Shown: positions 51,022-62,387, counted from the stretch's first letter. The stretch: DNA of 64,000 nt from Gemmatimonadales bacterium (GCA_965249575.1 OZ252244.1:1408001-1472000), one strand, 5' to 3'. The notes: generated by a model not told the origin, from the letters alone. Translations and numbers: made by a program.

Positions 51022-52272
51022 ATGCTCACCCCGGCAGCGGCGGCACGGGCTATTCTGCAGGAAGTCACTCCCCAACCGGTTGTAGACGTGAGGCTAAACG
51101 AGGCGCTCAACCGCGTGCTCGCTACTGACGTGGCGAGCCCAATCGACCTGCCCGCGTGGGACAATTCGGCGATGGACGGCTACGCGGTTCGGAGCGAGGA
51201 TATACGTGGAAGCGCCGACGACGAGGGCTCCCTCCAGCTGCACATCATAGAGACCATTCCAGCCGGAGCCTTCCCCACGAAAGCGATCACCACCGGCGAA
51301 TGCTCGCGCATCTTCACGGGTGCGCCGTTACCGGAGGGGTGTGACGGCGTCATCCGGCAAGAGGATACGACGGCACTAGCTGGGGACCTGGTCCGGATCG
51401 ACAAGACGCGCGACGCGGGACGGAATATCAGGCTTCGGGGGGAGGACATCAGGAAAGACTCCTTGATTCTCTCCAAGGGCACACCCCTCGGCCCGGCGGA
51501 GATAGGTGTCTTGGCATCCGTCGCACGCGATCCGGTGCGGGTGCACGACCGGCCTCGCATTTCCGTCATCGCCTCGGGGGACGAGATCGCCGATATGGAC
51601 GAGCGTGACGCGATTCTTCGTGGCGAGAAGATTGCATCATCGAACACATATACTCTGACGTCGATGATACGGCTGGCGGGCGCGGAGCCGGTAAACCTGG
51701 GCATCGCCAGGGACGACCCCGAAGACGTCCGGGCGAAGCTCACCGCAGCCCTGTCGAGCGACCTCATCGTGACGTCCGCGGGTGTGAGCGTAGGCGAGCA
51801 CGATTACATCCGATCGGTGCTCGACGACTTGGGCATCGATCTCAAATTCTGGCGGATCGGGATGCGCCCGGGAGCCCCGGTTGGATTCGGGCTGTTACAG
51901 GGCGTGCCCTGGATCGGCCTCCCGGGCAATCCGGTGAGTACGATGGTTACCTTCGAGCTCTTCGTCAGACCGGCGGTGCGCAAGATGCTGGGTCATTCCC
52001 TTCTCTTCCGCCGCACGACAAGGGTGCGTGTTGGTGACCCGATCAAGCTCGGCACGAGCCTCAGGCATTTCATGAGAGTCACCCTATCGGCCGAAGAGGG
52101 GGCGCTGGTGGCTCGGCTCACAGGGGCACAGGGCTCGGGGATTCTCACGTCGATGGTTAGGGCGCAGGCGCTGCTAATCGTGCCGGAGAATCGACCAACG
52201 GTCGACACCGGTGAGACACTCGATGCGATCGTGCTGGATGACCCGCACCACGTGCCGGACGTGCCTTTCTGA
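51022..52272 (+). CDS. moeA: Molybdopterin molybdotransferase
   Basis: NSAMDGYAV, RIFTGAPLP, SGDE, GVSVG..D, LPGNP, QGSG. Confidence 0.96.
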   Translation: MLTPAAAARAILQEVTPQPVVDVRLNEALNRVLATDVASPIDLPAWDNSAMDGYAVRSEDIRGSADDEGSLQLHIIETIPAGAFPTKAITTGECSRIFTGAPLPEGCDGVIRQEDTTALAGDLVRIDKTRDAGRNIRLRGEDIRKDSLILSKGTPLGPAEIGVLASVARDPVRVHDRPRISVIASGDEIADMDERDAILRGEKIASSNTYTLTSMIRLAGAEPVNLGIARDDPEDVRAKLTAALSSDLIVTSAGVSVGEHDYIRSVLDDLGIDLKFWRIGMRPGAPVGFGLLQGVPWIGLPGNPVSTMVTFELFVRPAVRKMLGHSLLFRRTTRVRVGDPIKLGTSLRHFMRVTLSAEEGALVARLTGAQGSGILTSMVRAQALLIVPENRPTVDTGETLDAIVLDDPHHVPDVPF

Positions 52273-52284
52273 GGCGCGCCCTGG

Positions 52285-52767
52285 CTAACGCACGCCGAGG
52301 AGCTCCACGTCGAAGACGAGAATCGAATTGGGGGGAATCGGTCCAACCCCTCGGGCACCGTACCCCAGTTCGGAAGGGATGACGAGTTTGCGGGAACCGC
52401 CGACTCGCATGCCCGCGACCCCTTCGTCCCACCCACGGATCACCTGCCCCTGGCCGAGCGAGAACTCGAAGGCCTCATTGCGATCCTTGGAGCTGTCGAA
52501 CTTGGTGCCGTCTGGCAGCCAGCCAGTGTAGTGTACCGAGACCGTTTGTCCGGCTACTGATTCGTCGCCCGATCCGACGACGATGTCCTTGTGGTAGAGA
52601 CCGGTAGGCGATTTCGACATCGATGCGATGTCGACGCCCAGCTTGGTGGCGAAAGTAGTCATCGAGGGATCCGGGGCCGAGTTGGATGGAATCCCGTCGT
52701 CCGAGCCACAAGCCACGAGGGCTATGAGCCCGACGGCCGTGAGAGCGCCACGTCGCGCAAACCGCAT
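52285..52767 (-). CDS. FKBP-type peptidyl-prolyl isomerase, lipoprotein
   Basis: Lipobox [33 protein letters not shown]. Confidence 0.95.
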   Translation of the reverse strand: MRFARRGALTAVGLIALVACGSDDGIPSNSAPDPSMTTFATKLGVDIASMSKSPTGLYHKDIVVGSGDESVAGQTVSVHYTGWLPDGTKFDSSKDRNEAFEFSLGQGQVIRGWDEGVAGMRVGGSRKLVIPSELGYGARGVGPIPPNSILVFDVELLGVR

Positions 52768-52811
52768 GGGGGGAATCCTCCAAAGTAGGAGCACAAGGAT
52801 GCGCGCGGGGC

Positions 52812-54473
52812 TTACATCCGCTTATAGGCCGGGCCGCTGCCCCCCTCGCGGGGGGTCCATCGCGGCCCGAGCACGTCTGTCACCTTGCAGTCGACACAAT
52901 TCGGGGCGTTGATGCGGAGGGTGCCACCAGTGAACTCGTAAACGCCCGCCGGGCACATGTGCGTGTAAAGTAACCCGAATTCCTGCCCCACTTCCTGGGT
53001 GAGCAAGTGCGTCGGGATCGTGTCGCGGGTCTTGTTGCCCGACTTGAACACGGCGTCGACTTTGCTGAACGTCAGCTTCGAATCGGGAGTGAAAGGCGCA
53101 GCGGGGCCCACGGTGCGTGGCGCGGCCGCGTCGGTGTCCATCGCAATGCGACTGCCGGGAAAAAGGCCACCCGTCACGGTCATCAAGCCCGCCTTGAAAC
53201 CGCCCACGAAGAAGCCATCCTTGAACGCGAGCCGCATGTTTCGCGTCCGGAATAGGTCCTCCATGATATACGAATGGTCGACCAGCAGATCGTATTCGGC
53301 GAGTCGGCTCGCGGAGGTATCGTTTGCCTTCAACGCCCGAAAAATGGCGCGGGCGGCGAAGATGCCTGACTGCATCGCGTAGTGAATACCTTTGAGTGAC
53401 GGCACGTCGACCAGCCCTGCCGAGTCGCCGAGGATCACGACGCCATCGCCGTGCCGTTTTTCCGGCACCGCGTAGTAACCGCCTTCCGGTATCGTCTTCG
53501 CACCCCACTCGACCATCTCCCCACCCTGGAGAATGCGACGGAAGAGCGGATGCAGTTTCATCTGCTGGAGCAGTACGTGCACGTCCAGGGCCGCGTCGCG
53601 GTAGTCGAGGCCCACCACGAGCCCGAGAGCCAACAGGTTGCGCTCGAGGGGGTACATGAAGCTCCCGCCGAACGCGTCGCGCGGAAGCGGCCACCCCAAC
53701 GTGTGCACTACTTTGTCCAGCGGATGCTCGGTCTCCCAGATCTCCTTGACACCAAGCGCGTAGATCTGCGGGTTGGCCGACCGGACATGCTGCCACTGGA
53801 GGTATGCCTGTGAGAGGAGACCCCGCGTGCCTTCCGCAAGCGCCGTGACCTTGGCAACGATGTCGGTGGGGGCCAGGTAATTCGACATGGGGTTGCCGTC
53901 GCGATCTAGACCCGTAGCCGCGGTGCGCACTCCCCTCACGCGAGCGCCATCGACCAGCAGTGCGTCTGCGGGGAAGCCCGCCAGAATGTCGACGCCCAGC
54001 TGCTCGGCCTGTTCGCCCATCCAGCGTACCACCTCGCATAAGGACGCGACGTAGTGCCCTTTGTTGCGCATGGTCGGGGGAGTCGGCAGTCGGAACGAGC
54101 TTCCCTTGGTCAGGAGATAGACGGCCTCGGCCCCTACGGAATCGCGCAGGGGCAGGCTGTCGACTTCGACGTCGGGGAAGAGCTCCCGGAGCGCCCGGGG
54201 ATTCACGACCGCTCCCGACAACGAGTGCTCGCCTAGCGCCGCCGCCTTCTCGAGCACACCGATGCTGACGTCTCCGAGACCGTCGCCTTCTTCAGCATCC
54301 TTCTTGACGAGGCGGGCCAGCTCAATGGCACCGGCTAACCCGGCAGGACCACCGCCGACGAACAGCACGTCCAGCTCGATGGCCTCTGCGTCGGGGGGAT
54401 CCGTTAGGATCAAGCGATCCTGTGGAAGGGGAGGCTGAAACTGAGCGGGCACGAGCGGGGGGGGACGCGTCAT
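52812..54473 (-). CDS. Electron-transfer flavoprotein:quinone oxidoreductase (FixC/FixX-like)
   Basis: [19 protein letters not shown]-terminal CPAGVY..NCVDCK. Confidence 0.93.
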   Translation of the reverse strand: MTRPPPLVPAQFQPPLPQDRLILTDPPDAEAIELDVLFVGGGPAGLAGAIELARLVKKDAEEGDGLGDVSIGVLEKAAALGEHSLSGAVVNPRALRELFPDVEVDSLPLRDSVGAEAVYLLTKGSSFRLPTPPTMRNKGHYVASLCEVVRWMGEQAEQLGVDILAGFPADALLVDGARVRGVRTAATGLDRDGNPMSNYLAPTDIVAKVTALAEGTRGLLSQAYLQWQHVRSANPQIYALGVKEIWETEHPLDKVVHTLGWPLPRDAFGGSFMYPLERNLLALGLVVGLDYRDAALDVHVLLQQMKLHPLFRRILQGGEMVEWGAKTIPEGGYYAVPEKRHGDGVVILGDSAGLVDVPSLKGIHYAMQSGIFAARAIFRALKANDTSASRLAEYDLLVDHSYIMEDLFRTRNMRLAFKDGFFVGGFKAGLMTVTGGLFPGSRIAMDTDAAAPRTVGPAAPFTPDSKLTFSKVDAVFKSGNKTRDTIPTHLLTQEVGQEFGLLYTHMCPAGVYEFTGGTLRINAPNCVDCKVTDVLGPRWTPREGGSGPAYKRM

Positions 54474-54474
54474 C

Positions 54475-55446
54475 TCACCCCGCGCGCACTTTCCTGATCT
54501 CCTCCGTCAGACGGGGCACGATCTCGAACAGGTCGCCGACGATCCCGTAGTCCGCCACCTTGAATATCGGCGCGTCCTTGTCCTTGTTGATCGCGACGAT
54601 GACTTTCGCGGTACGCATGCCCGCGAGGTGCTGGATGGCACCGGAGATACCCACCGCCACATAGAGCCCCGGGCTCACCGTCTTTCCGGTCTGGCCCACT
54701 TGATCGCCATGCGGACGCCAGCCCGCGTCGACCACCGCCCTGGAAGCACCGACCGCGGCGTTCCCGAACGCGGCCGCCAGGTCTTCGAGCAGCGTGAAGT
54801 TCGCCGGCTCCTTCAAACCACGTCCGCCACTCACGACGACGGAGGCTTCGGCAACATCAAGCGCTGCCGTCTCGGGTTCCTTGATCGAGACGGTCCGCTC
54901 CCGGGCCTCGACGTGGGGGGGGGAGACCATTTCGACGGTACCCGCCGCCGACGACTCCGCCGGCGTGAATACGTTTGGACGCACGGCAATCACACTTCGC
55001 GGCGCGGTGATCTTCAGCCGGAAAAGGGCTTTCCCGGAATACACCGGCCGCGAGACCAGAATCCCATCTCGATACTCGATGTCGGTCACGTCCGCGGCCA
55101 GCGGAACGTCCAGGCGAGCCGCGACACGGGGCCCGAGGTCCTTCCCAAGGGCCGTGCCCCCGAGGAGAACCGCCGCGTAGTCCCCTCGCCCGAAGACATC
55201 CACCACGGCCGCGGCATACTGCTGAGGCTGATACAGCTTGAGCTCATCGCTGGTTACCACGAAAACCCGCTCTGCGCCGTAGTTCCCCAACCCCTCGGCA
55301 CTAAGCCCATCCGGCCCGATGAGCAGCGCGTCGACCGACCCGCCAAGATCACCGCCGAGTTTTCGCGCGGCCGTTAATACCTCGTGCGAGACCTTCTTGA
55401 TCACACCGTCCCGCTGTTCGAGCACCGCCAGCACTCGGGCCATCAA
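54475..55446 (-). CDS. etfA: Electron transfer flavoprotein alpha subunit
   Basis: [28 protein letters not shown]. Confidence 0.97.
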   Translation of the reverse strand: MMARVLAVLEQRDGVIKKVSHEVLTAARKLGGDLGGSVDALLIGPDGLSAEGLGNYGAERVFVVTSDELKLYQPQQYAAAVVDVFGRGDYAAVLLGGTALGKDLGPRVAARLDVPLAADVTDIEYRDGILVSRPVYSGKALFRLKITAPRSVIAVRPNVFTPAESSAAGTVEMVSPPHVEARERTVSIKEPETAALDVAEASVVVSGGRGLKEPANFTLLEDLAAAFGNAAVGASRAVVDAGWRPHGDQVGQTGKTVSPGLYVAVGISGAIQHLAGMRTAKVIVAINKDKDAPIFKVADYGIVGDLFEIVPRLTEEIRKVRAG

Positions 55447-56195
55447 ATTACCTTCGCTTCGTTTTGCAGAGCGTCGATGAGTGCCGGCACCGCGTCGGCT
55501 CCTTCACCGACGATCCGGCCCTCCTTCCGTTGCGGCGGAAGCTGGAGCTCTTGGATCTCGATCCCCCCCGCAACGGCGCCCACCGGTTTGACCTCGAGCG
55601 GTTTCTTCTTGGCCGCCATGATTCCCCTGAGCGCTGGGTACCTTGGCTCGTTCAATCCTTTGTCAGCGGTCAGTACGGCGGGTAGCGAAAACTCCACCAC
55701 CTCCAGCCCGCCCTCGATTTCCCGTTCGGCGGTTGCCTTACCGTCTGCAATATCTAGGTGCGCGATGGCGCTGACACACGGAATGCCGAGCAGTTCGGCC
55801 ACCATGGTGCCCACGGCCTGGCTGTAGTCGTCGATGGCGAGCTTGCCGAATAAAATCAGATCGTAGCCCTGGCCCTCGAGCTCCTTGGCGAGCAGGCGGC
55901 TCGTGACCAGTGGATCGAGCGGGACACGCTCCACCCGGAGTAGTACCCCGCGATCCGCTCCCATCGCGAGCGCCGTGCGGATCGTCTCTTGAGACGAATC
56001 CGCGCCCATGGCCACGACGACGACCTCTCCGTCTCCCGCGCTCTCCTTGTGTTTCAGAGCCTCCTCGACGGCAAACTCGTCGTATGGGTTGAGAACGAAC
56101 TTCACACCGCCCTCGTCGATGGTTCTGCCGTCAGCCCCAATCTTGATCCGGGTCTCCGTATCGGGCACCCGTTTCACACATACTGCAATCTTCAC
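55443..56195 (-). CDS. etfB: Electron transfer flavoprotein beta subunit
   Basis: KIAVCVKRVPD, NPYDEFAVEEA, ALAMGAD, NEPRY. Confidence 0.96.
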   Translation of the reverse strand: MKIAVCVKRVPDTETRIKIGADGRTIDEGGVKFVLNPYDEFAVEEALKHKESAGDGEVVVVAMGADSSQETIRTALAMGADRGVLLRVERVPLDPLVTSRLLAKELEGQGYDLILFGKLAIDDYSQAVGTMVAELLGIPCVSAIAHLDIADGKATAEREIEGGLEVVEFSLPAVLTADKGLNEPRYPALRGIMAAKKKPLEVKPVGAVAGGIEIQELQLPPQRKEGRIVGEGADAVPALIDALQNEAKVI

Positions 56196-56316
56196 CGTTA
56201 CCCCGTCGACATCGAATTGGCAGTGGGAAGCAGAGAGGCAAAATACTACGGGCCGGAGGAAACTATACCCGGGATGCAGGCGTCGCAACGGCCATCAACG
56301 CCCTTACCGACGCGCT

Positions 56317-58047
56317 TCAGCGCCCGATTGCTTTGAGCAGATGCGCAACCGGATGGGTGTTCAACACATCGTCTTTTTCCAGCCACGCGCGACGGGCCTG
56401 CTCGACCCCATAACGCATCAACGAGAGATCGGACACGCGGTGCGCATCCGTACTAATCACGACCTTCACTCCCAGCCGACGCGCGGCCATGAGATGCACG
56501 TCGCTCAGGTCGAGCCGGTCGGGATGCGCGTTGCACTCCACCGCCACCCCCTGCTCGGCCGCACACTCCAAAACCGCGGTCAGGTCGAACGCGAGACCTT
56601 CCCGTCTGTTTATCTGTCGTCCGGTGGGATGGGCGAGGATGTTCACCTGCGGATGGCTGATGGCCTCGAGAATCCGAGCGGTCTGTTTGGCCGGCGGCAG
56701 GTCGAACATGGAGTGGACTGACGCGAGGACGAGATCCAGCTCGGCCAAGGAATCGTCGTCCAGATCCAACCGACCGTCCGCTAGGATGTCGACCTCCATG
56801 CTTCGGAGGACGCGAATTCTGGGATACCGCGCTCGTACCTCCGCGATCTCTTCCCACTGTTCGCGCATCCGGACCGCATCGAGGCCTCCGGTCATGGCGA
56901 GCGCCTGGCTGTGGTCGGTGAGTGCCATGTAGCTGTAGCCAGCTGCCACACAGGCTTTCACCATGTCCTCCACCGAGTCCTTCCCATCCGACCAGGTGGT
57001 ATGCATCTGGAGATCGCCCTTCAAGTCGCGCGACTCGATCAGCTTTGGCAGCCGGTTTTCGCGTGCCGCCTCGATCTCACCCCGGTCCTCGCGTAACTCC
57101 GGCGGGATCGTTGGGAGGCCGACAGCCGCATACACGTCCCGCTCCGATCGCCCCGCGACCGGAACGCTCTGTTTCCCTGTGCCGTCGACTGGAAACACCC
57201 CGTACTCCGAGATGCTGAGGCCTTGGCTGAGCGATAAGGTCCGTAGCTTTACGTTGTGCTGTTTGGATCCAGTGAAATACACGAGGGCCGCACCGTAGCT
57301 CTGGGGCGGAACGACGCGGAGGTCGATCTGCAATCCGGATTTCAGCACGACCGAGCTACGCGTCTCGCCCGATGCCAGGACTTTGCTGACCGACGGATAG
57401 GCCGTGAAACATTCCATGACCGGCACGGGATGTTTGGCAATCGCCAGGATGTCGATGTCTCCGACCGTTTCGAGACGGCGGCGGTAACTCCCGGCGATCT
57501 CGAGCCGCTCGATACCGGGTGCCTGCCCGAGATACTCCAGTAACGGGAGGGCGTGCTGGTCGGCGTCCCCCAGCTTCATCCGAGTCGAGTGCCGCCGGTA
57601 TTCCTTGACGCCTCCGAGAATCTTCTCCTGCGTCTTCGCCCCGAAGCCCTTGAGCTGCGCAACCCGGCCGTCGTGCGCCGCGGCTTCCAGCTCGTCCACC
57701 GTCTCGACGCCGAGCTTCTTCCATAGCACGGACGCCCGCTTGGGTCCGATACCGGGAAGCCGCATGACCTCGATCAGCGTGCGGGGGATCTCGTCGGAGA
57801 GTTCGTTGAGAAGCGCGAAGTCACCGGTGCGGACAAGCTCTTCGATGCGGCCGGCGATGTCCTTACCAACGGCGGGGAGCTCGGTGAGATCCGCTCCCTC
57901 CTCAAGACGCTTCCGGAGCGGGACGGTCTCGGCTTCGACGGTACGGGCGGCGTTGCGGTAGGCCCGGACGCGAAAGGGATTCGCCTCGCCGATCTCGAGG
58001 AGATCGGCCACGTCATCGAGGACTCGGGCGATCTCGAGATTCTCCAT
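56317..58047 (-). CDS. polX: DNA polymerase X / PHP 3'-5' exonuclease
   Basis: NPFRVRAY, GSYRR, GDIDI, FTGSK.HN, PPELRE, TDHS, AHPTGR, TDAH. Confidence 0.96.
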   Translation of the reverse strand: MENLEIARVLDDVADLLEIGEANPFRVRAYRNAARTVEAETVPLRKRLEEGADLTELPAVGKDIAGRIEELVRTGDFALLNELSDEIPRTLIEVMRLPGIGPKRASVLWKKLGVETVDELEAAAHDGRVAQLKGFGAKTQEKILGGVKEYRRHSTRMKLGDADQHALPLLEYLGQAPGIERLEIAGSYRRRLETVGDIDILAIAKHPVPVMECFTAYPSVSKVLASGETRSSVVLKSGLQIDLRVVPPQSYGAALVYFTGSKQHNVKLRTLSLSQGLSISEYGVFPVDGTGKQSVPVAGRSERDVYAAVGLPTIPPELREDRGEIEAARENRLPKLIESRDLKGDLQMHTTWSDGKDSVEDMVKACVAAGYSYMALTDHSQALAMTGGLDAVRMREQWEEIAEVRARYPRIRVLRSMEVDILADGRLDLDDDSLAELDLVLASVHSMFDLPPAKQTARILEAISHPQVNILAHPTGRQINRREGLAFDLTAVLECAAEQGVAVECNAHPDRLDLSDVHLMAARRLGVKVVISTDAHRVSDLSLMRYGVEQARRAWLEKDDVLNTHPVAHLLKAIGR

Positions 58048-58130
58048 GCGTCGAGGCCCTCCCCGCCTTGCTCAGCCCACCAGCAGCGAGCCGAGATCGG
58101 CCCGGCTCGCCCTGGCCGGGGCGCCGTTGC

Positions 58131-60776
58131 TCAACGAAACGGTAGCCAATAGTTGATCTTGAGGGCCAGGAACTGATCCCCGGAATCGGCGAACGAGTCC
58201 CACAGATCCGTCCCCCGCACCGGAACACCCCGCTCGTCGCGGGCCGACCGATTCTGCTGCCACACCAGGAAAAGGGTGCTGCCCGCCCGCCACTCCCAGC
58301 GAAGTACCAGGTTACTCCGAAATGAGCGCACGTTGAATTCGGGGTTGTCGAGTGTGACCGTTTCCGGTCCGTCCGTTACCACAACCGACCCATCCGTCGT
58401 GCGCGCGATGGTCGTCCCATCGGTCCCGTAGGTCCTGAGTTCGTTCGTCTTCGCGGCGGCGAGCTCACCGAACCCCGTGTAAGAACCGCTACTCGTGAAG
58501 GGCTCCGCGTACAGCTCGAGAATCAGGTCGGGGTTGAACGCGTAACTGAGGCGGAGCTGAGCCGACAGCGTCCTACGATCGAGCATCGAGAAAACGTACC
58601 GCCTCCCGGAAGTGGCGGCCCGACCGCCGTCCAGCTGGTCCAGGTACTGACGGGTGTTGATCTCTCGCTCATACCTCGGCCTGACAGAGAACGTCCACGC
58701 CCCGCGCGGGCGCATGCCGAATCGAGCGCTCACATCGTACCTCCAACCGCCGAGGTCGTCGTTCTCGTATCCCGCACCGATGCGCCAGCTATTGGTGAAC
58801 GAGAAATGGCTGGAAGCGTCGCCTCGCACCAGCCACCGCAGTGGAGTAGTCATGAGCGGCCCTCCGCGGGTCAGCTTGTCGCTGAGCGAGCGGCCGTTCA
58901 CCGCGAGACTGAGGCCGGTGCTCCAGAGGTTCAGCCACGTGAGACGGGTCCACAGCTCCGCCCGCGCGGACTGCCGGACCCAACCGAAGTTCCAGCCCGC
59001 TCTGGTGGAGAGCCCGACGACGTACCGGTAGAAAATGCTTCCAGGCTCGTTCTCACGGTACCGGAGGTTGGCGAACACGTCGATGTCGTCCGCCGACATG
59101 AGGCGTCCGATATCATTGAGCTCGAAGCTTGGAGTCTCGATCTCACCCCACACGTTCCAGAGCCAATGGCGCCCACTCCGCTTGCCTACGCGCCACGTCG
59201 CGTTGTAGCCGAGCAGCGAGGTGCGGGACGAATCGAGCCGGACATAGTCGGCATCCGGTCGCTGGAAGTAATGCGCCGAGCTGTTCTGAATGCGCGCTAT
59301 GGACGCTGGATCGCCCTCGATGTAGCTGAACCCGGCGTTGGCGCGGATCTCGTACTGCCCCCCGCTGAAACGGACGGTCCAGTCGGTGCCACCGCTGTAG
59401 GCCTGTCGGTTCAGCTCGGCAGCCAACGGATCGCCCACGGCCACGTCGCGGCAAACGCCGGTCAGGATGGCTCCCGCCGTCGACCCCGACGACCCGAACT
59501 GCTTCACGACGCGGACCACACCATATCCGGTCACAGGCTCGACACGGACCTTCTCGAACCGGCTCGTCGTCGAGTCGAAGGTCCGCGCCGATTCGCGTCC
59601 CGTTACCGCCCCAAACGCGCCGATCGACAGATCGGGCGCCAGCCTCCCCGAGAGTTTCGCGGCTCCGAGAATGGTGGAGTTGTCGGGCCGGTCTACGAAA
59701 TCACCGCTCGCGTCCCCGTGGGGCGGAGCCCCGACCCGCCGCGAGTAGAAGTATCCTTGGCCGCCGCCCTGGAAAAGATCGTTTCCCTCGCTGAAAAATG
59801 GCCGTCGCTCGCTGAAGAACGTCTCGAACGCAGAGAGGTTGACCTCGGCGGGATCGGCCTCGACCTGCCCGAAATCGGGGTTGACGGTAGCGTCGAGCGT
59901 CAGGTTCGGGCCGAGCCCGACCTTGACGTCGGCGCCGACGCGGCGCGCCACCTCGCTGCCGTCTCGAAACGGGTCCCGTGCGTCGGTGTCCGACCCGAAC
60001 GTCGCATCCCCCGCCACATACGGAAACAGCTCGAGCCGGCGCGAGGGCCGAATGCCTTCGATTCCCATCAGGTTTCCAAAGCGGGACGACCACCCCGTCT
60101 CGTCACGCGGAATCATGACCCAAAAGATGTCGTCGTTTCGCGACGGGACGTACCGGTTGATGTTCAGGCCCCACACCTGCACGTCCCGGCGGCTGAATCG
60201 TAGCTGAGAAAACGGGATCCGCATCTCCGCCGTCCAGCCGGTGGAATCGACTCTCGTTCGAGCCTCCCAGACCGGGTTGTAGCTGTAGTCTCTTGACAGC
60301 TCTCCATCCCGCGGTTGGAAGTAGTCGAGCCGCACTCCCGCCGCCGTGACGGCGAACGTGTACGCCGTTCGTCGATCCAGATACGTATCGAGGGCGACGA
60401 TCAGCACCTCTGACCGCCCGAACTGGTCCCGACGCCCCATCGACGGGCGGACGTCGCCGGGGTCCCTGCTGAGCATTCGTGCTGCCACGAAGAGCGCCTC
60501 GTCGTCGTAGACGAAGGCGATGTCCGTGCGAGCCTGAGGCGCCGCTCCCTCGATTGGCTGCTTGGCAATGAAATCGGAAGAAAACTGAACTCGAGACCAA
60601 CTCTCGTCGTCCAGGTGGCCGTCAATCCTCGGCGGGGAAGCCTCGACCGGAACGCGGTGGGCGTGCATCTCCTTTCGGGCACGATCGGCAGGGGCGAGCG
60701 ACTGCGCGCCGGCCCACGAGGGCGCGATGAGCAGGGCCCCGGCCAGGAGCGAGACCCTAATCCCGATCGGAGTCAC
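58131..60776 (-). CDS. CBM9-like / DUF5916 outer-membrane protein
   Basis: IDGHLDD..W, WTAEMRIPF, NPDFGQVEAD, ERRPFF, YSRR; start uncertain. Confidence 0.85.
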   Translation of the reverse strand: MTPIGIRVSLLAGALLIAPSWAGAQSLAPADRARKEMHAHRVPVEASPPRIDGHLDDESWSRVQFSSDFIAKQPIEGAAPQARTDIAFVYDDEALFVAARMLSRDPGDVRPSMGRRDQFGRSEVLIVALDTYLDRRTAYTFAVTAAGVRLDYFQPRDGELSRDYSYNPVWEARTRVDSTGWTAEMRIPFSQLRFSRRDVQVWGLNINRYVPSRNDDIFWVMIPRDETGWSSRFGNLMGIEGIRPSRRLELFPYVAGDATFGSDTDARDPFRDGSEVARRVGADVKVGLGPNLTLDATVNPDFGQVEADPAEVNLSAFETFFSERRPFFSEGNDLFQGGGQGYFYSRRVGAPPHGDASGDFVDRPDNSTILGAAKLSGRLAPDLSIGAFGAVTGRESARTFDSTTSRFEKVRVEPVTGYGVVRVVKQFGSSGSTAGAILTGVCRDVAVGDPLAAELNRQAYSGGTDWTVRFSGGQYEIRANAGFSYIEGDPASIARIQNSSAHYFQRPDADYVRLDSSRTSLLGYNATWRVGKRSGRHWLWNVWGEIETPSFELNDIGRLMSADDIDVFANLRYRENEPGSIFYRYVVGLSTRAGWNFGWVRQSARAELWTRLTWLNLWSTGLSLAVNGRSLSDKLTRGGPLMTTPLRWLVRGDASSHFSFTNSWRIGAGYENDDLGGWRYDVSARFGMRPRGAWTFSVRPRYEREINTRQYLDQLDGGRAATSGRRYVFSMLDRRTLSAQLRLSYAFNPDLILELYAEPFTSSGSYTGFGELAAAKTNELRTYGTDGTTIARTTDGSVVVTDGPETVTLDNPEFNVRSFRSNLVLRWEWRAGSTLFLVWQQNRSARDERGVPVRGTDLWDSFADSGDQFLALKINYWLPFR

Positions 60777-60865
60777 GTGTTGATCGGCGCGCTCGCGTAT
60801 GGAATCATAGGCGCCGAGAGGGTACCCACGGACAAAGCCTCCCGCCAGCGCGGCACCCAATCAGC

Positions 60866-62054
60866 TCAGTTGCCCCCCGAGATCCGGTACACACGGCCCG
60901 CCGCCGCAAGCACATACAGTTCGCCATCGCGGTCCTGGCCGAACGACAGCACCTGGCCAACGGCGCCGACGTCCCACTCGGTCTCGTCCTGAACGCTGCC
61001 ATTGCTGAACCTAAAACTGCGAAGCCACCCATCGCAGTAATCGCTGTAGAAGTAATGACCGGTCAACTGAGGCAACGCGCTTCCCCGGTACACAAAGCCC
61101 CCGGTTACGGAGCACCCGTCGGAATGACTGTACTCGATCGCGGGGAGCACGAGACCTTGTTCGCTGGACGTGGACGACCCGAAGCAGTGGGCGCCTTCCA
61201 TGGTGTTCCAACCGTAGTTGAGGCCCGCCTGATCTCGATCTACGACGTTGACCTCTTCCCACTGGTTCTGGCCCACATCGGCAACGTAGAGCGCGCCACC
61301 AACCGCATCGAAGGAAAACCGCCACGGATTGCGGAGGCCGTACCCCCAGATCTCGTCCCGACCGGCCTGCCCGATGAACGGATTGTCTACTGGAACGGCG
61401 TAGGGATCGCCTCCATCGACGTCGATTCGCAGGAGGGACCCCAGAAGCGTCCCGGTGTTCTGACCGTGCGCAAGCTGGTCTCCGCCACTCCCCCCATCAC
61501 CCAGTCCGATGTACAGCATGCCGTCGGGGCCGAAAGCAACGAGGCCGCCGTTGTGGTTGGAGAACGGCTGACCGACTCCGAGAATCAGCTTCGCGCTGGA
61601 GACGTCGGCGGCGCTCGGATCGGGGCTCACCGCGAAGCGCTCGACTCTCGTATTACCCGCGAGATCGGTGAAACTCACGTAGAAGAAGCCGTTTGCCGCA
61701 TAATTGGGGTGAAACGCCAGCCCGAGCAGGCCCCGTTCGCCCCCGCTGCCAACTCGGCCCTCGATGTCGAGAAAGGGAATCGGTTCGAGCGCGCCATTGT
61801 TGACAATCCGGACGCGCCCCGGTTGTTCGACCACGAACAGCCTGGGATCCCCCGAGGGCGCGGTCAAAATACACCGGAGACGCCAGGCCGGATGCGACTT
61901 CGACGAGTTCGAGGGCGCCCCCGTCCCCGCCCCCGCTACCGCTACCGGAGGGTCCGGAAGCCGAGGAGCAGGCGGTGATGCCGACAATGGCCATGATCGA
62001 AACGAGCGAGACCGGCGGCGGCCGCGAGCGGTCTCTCCGAGTGCGGTATACCAT
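60866..62054 (-). pseudogene. PQQ-dependent sugar dehydrogenase (GSDH/YliI-like) lipoprotein with a +1 frameshift
   Basis: The lipoprotein N-terminus (ITAC..LASPVY) is in a different frame from LTAP..RLFVVEQ, GERGLLG, NHNGG, GLRNPWR; extra T in a T-run at 61866-61869 (could be a sequencing error). Confidence 0.8.
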
Positions 62055-62156
62055 GCTGCGAACCTTAACCCATGGCCGCGGTGGAGTTCCGGGCCACGCC
62101 CGTGCGAGGAGCCGCCTCGGGCCCCCCAGGGCTCCGCGGAAGGGTGCTCGGCCGGG

Positions 62157-62186
62157 TTGACAACGGCCCCATAGGCCGGGTATCCT
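62157..62186 (+). promoter_or_regulatory. Sigma70-type promoter of the thrC-like operon
   Basis: TTGACA-N18-TATCCT. Confidence 0.75.
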
Positions 62187-62234
62187 AAGTTCTTGGTAGC
62201 TGTAGGCTAAAGGTGCAGGAGAAGCCGAGGTAAC

Positions 62235-62330
62235 GTGACTGTTTCAGCCAGGGAGTGTATGTGTTGCTGCTGTGGCGGCCGGCCCGGACCGGGCGGCGCG
62301 GGTGGCGACCCTCATCGACCTGAGCTTTAG
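62235..62330 (+). CDS. Poly-cysteine leader peptide (MTVSARECMCCCCGGRPGPGGAGGDPHRPEL)
   Basis: GTG after GAGG (alternative ATG at 62259); TGT ATG TGT TGC TGC TGT; lies between the promoter and terminator. Confidence 0.8.
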   Translation: MTVSARECMCCCCGGRPGPGGAGGDPHRPEL

Positions 62331-62358
62331 CTTCAAGTAAGCATCGAGTGAGTGAGAC

Positions 62359-62387
62359 CGCCCCGGCCTGCTGGGGCGTTTTTATTT
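62359..62387 (+). terminator. Intrinsic terminator (attenuator) before the thrC-like gene
   Basis: CGCCCCGG-CCTG-CTGGGGCG stem-loop followed by TTTTTATTT. Confidence 0.88.

Noticed and set aside
58806..60203. Long antisense/alternate-frame ORFs (e.g. 58806-60203, 3210-4085, 16697-17770, 52822-54039)
   Set aside because: Shadow ORFs of well-supported genes, expected from high-GC codon bias; no family motifs
62296..62315. GGGTGGCGACC resembling a T-box antiterminator bulge
   Set aside because: One base too long for UGGNACC and no recognisable stem I or specifier loop; the leader-peptide model explains the region better
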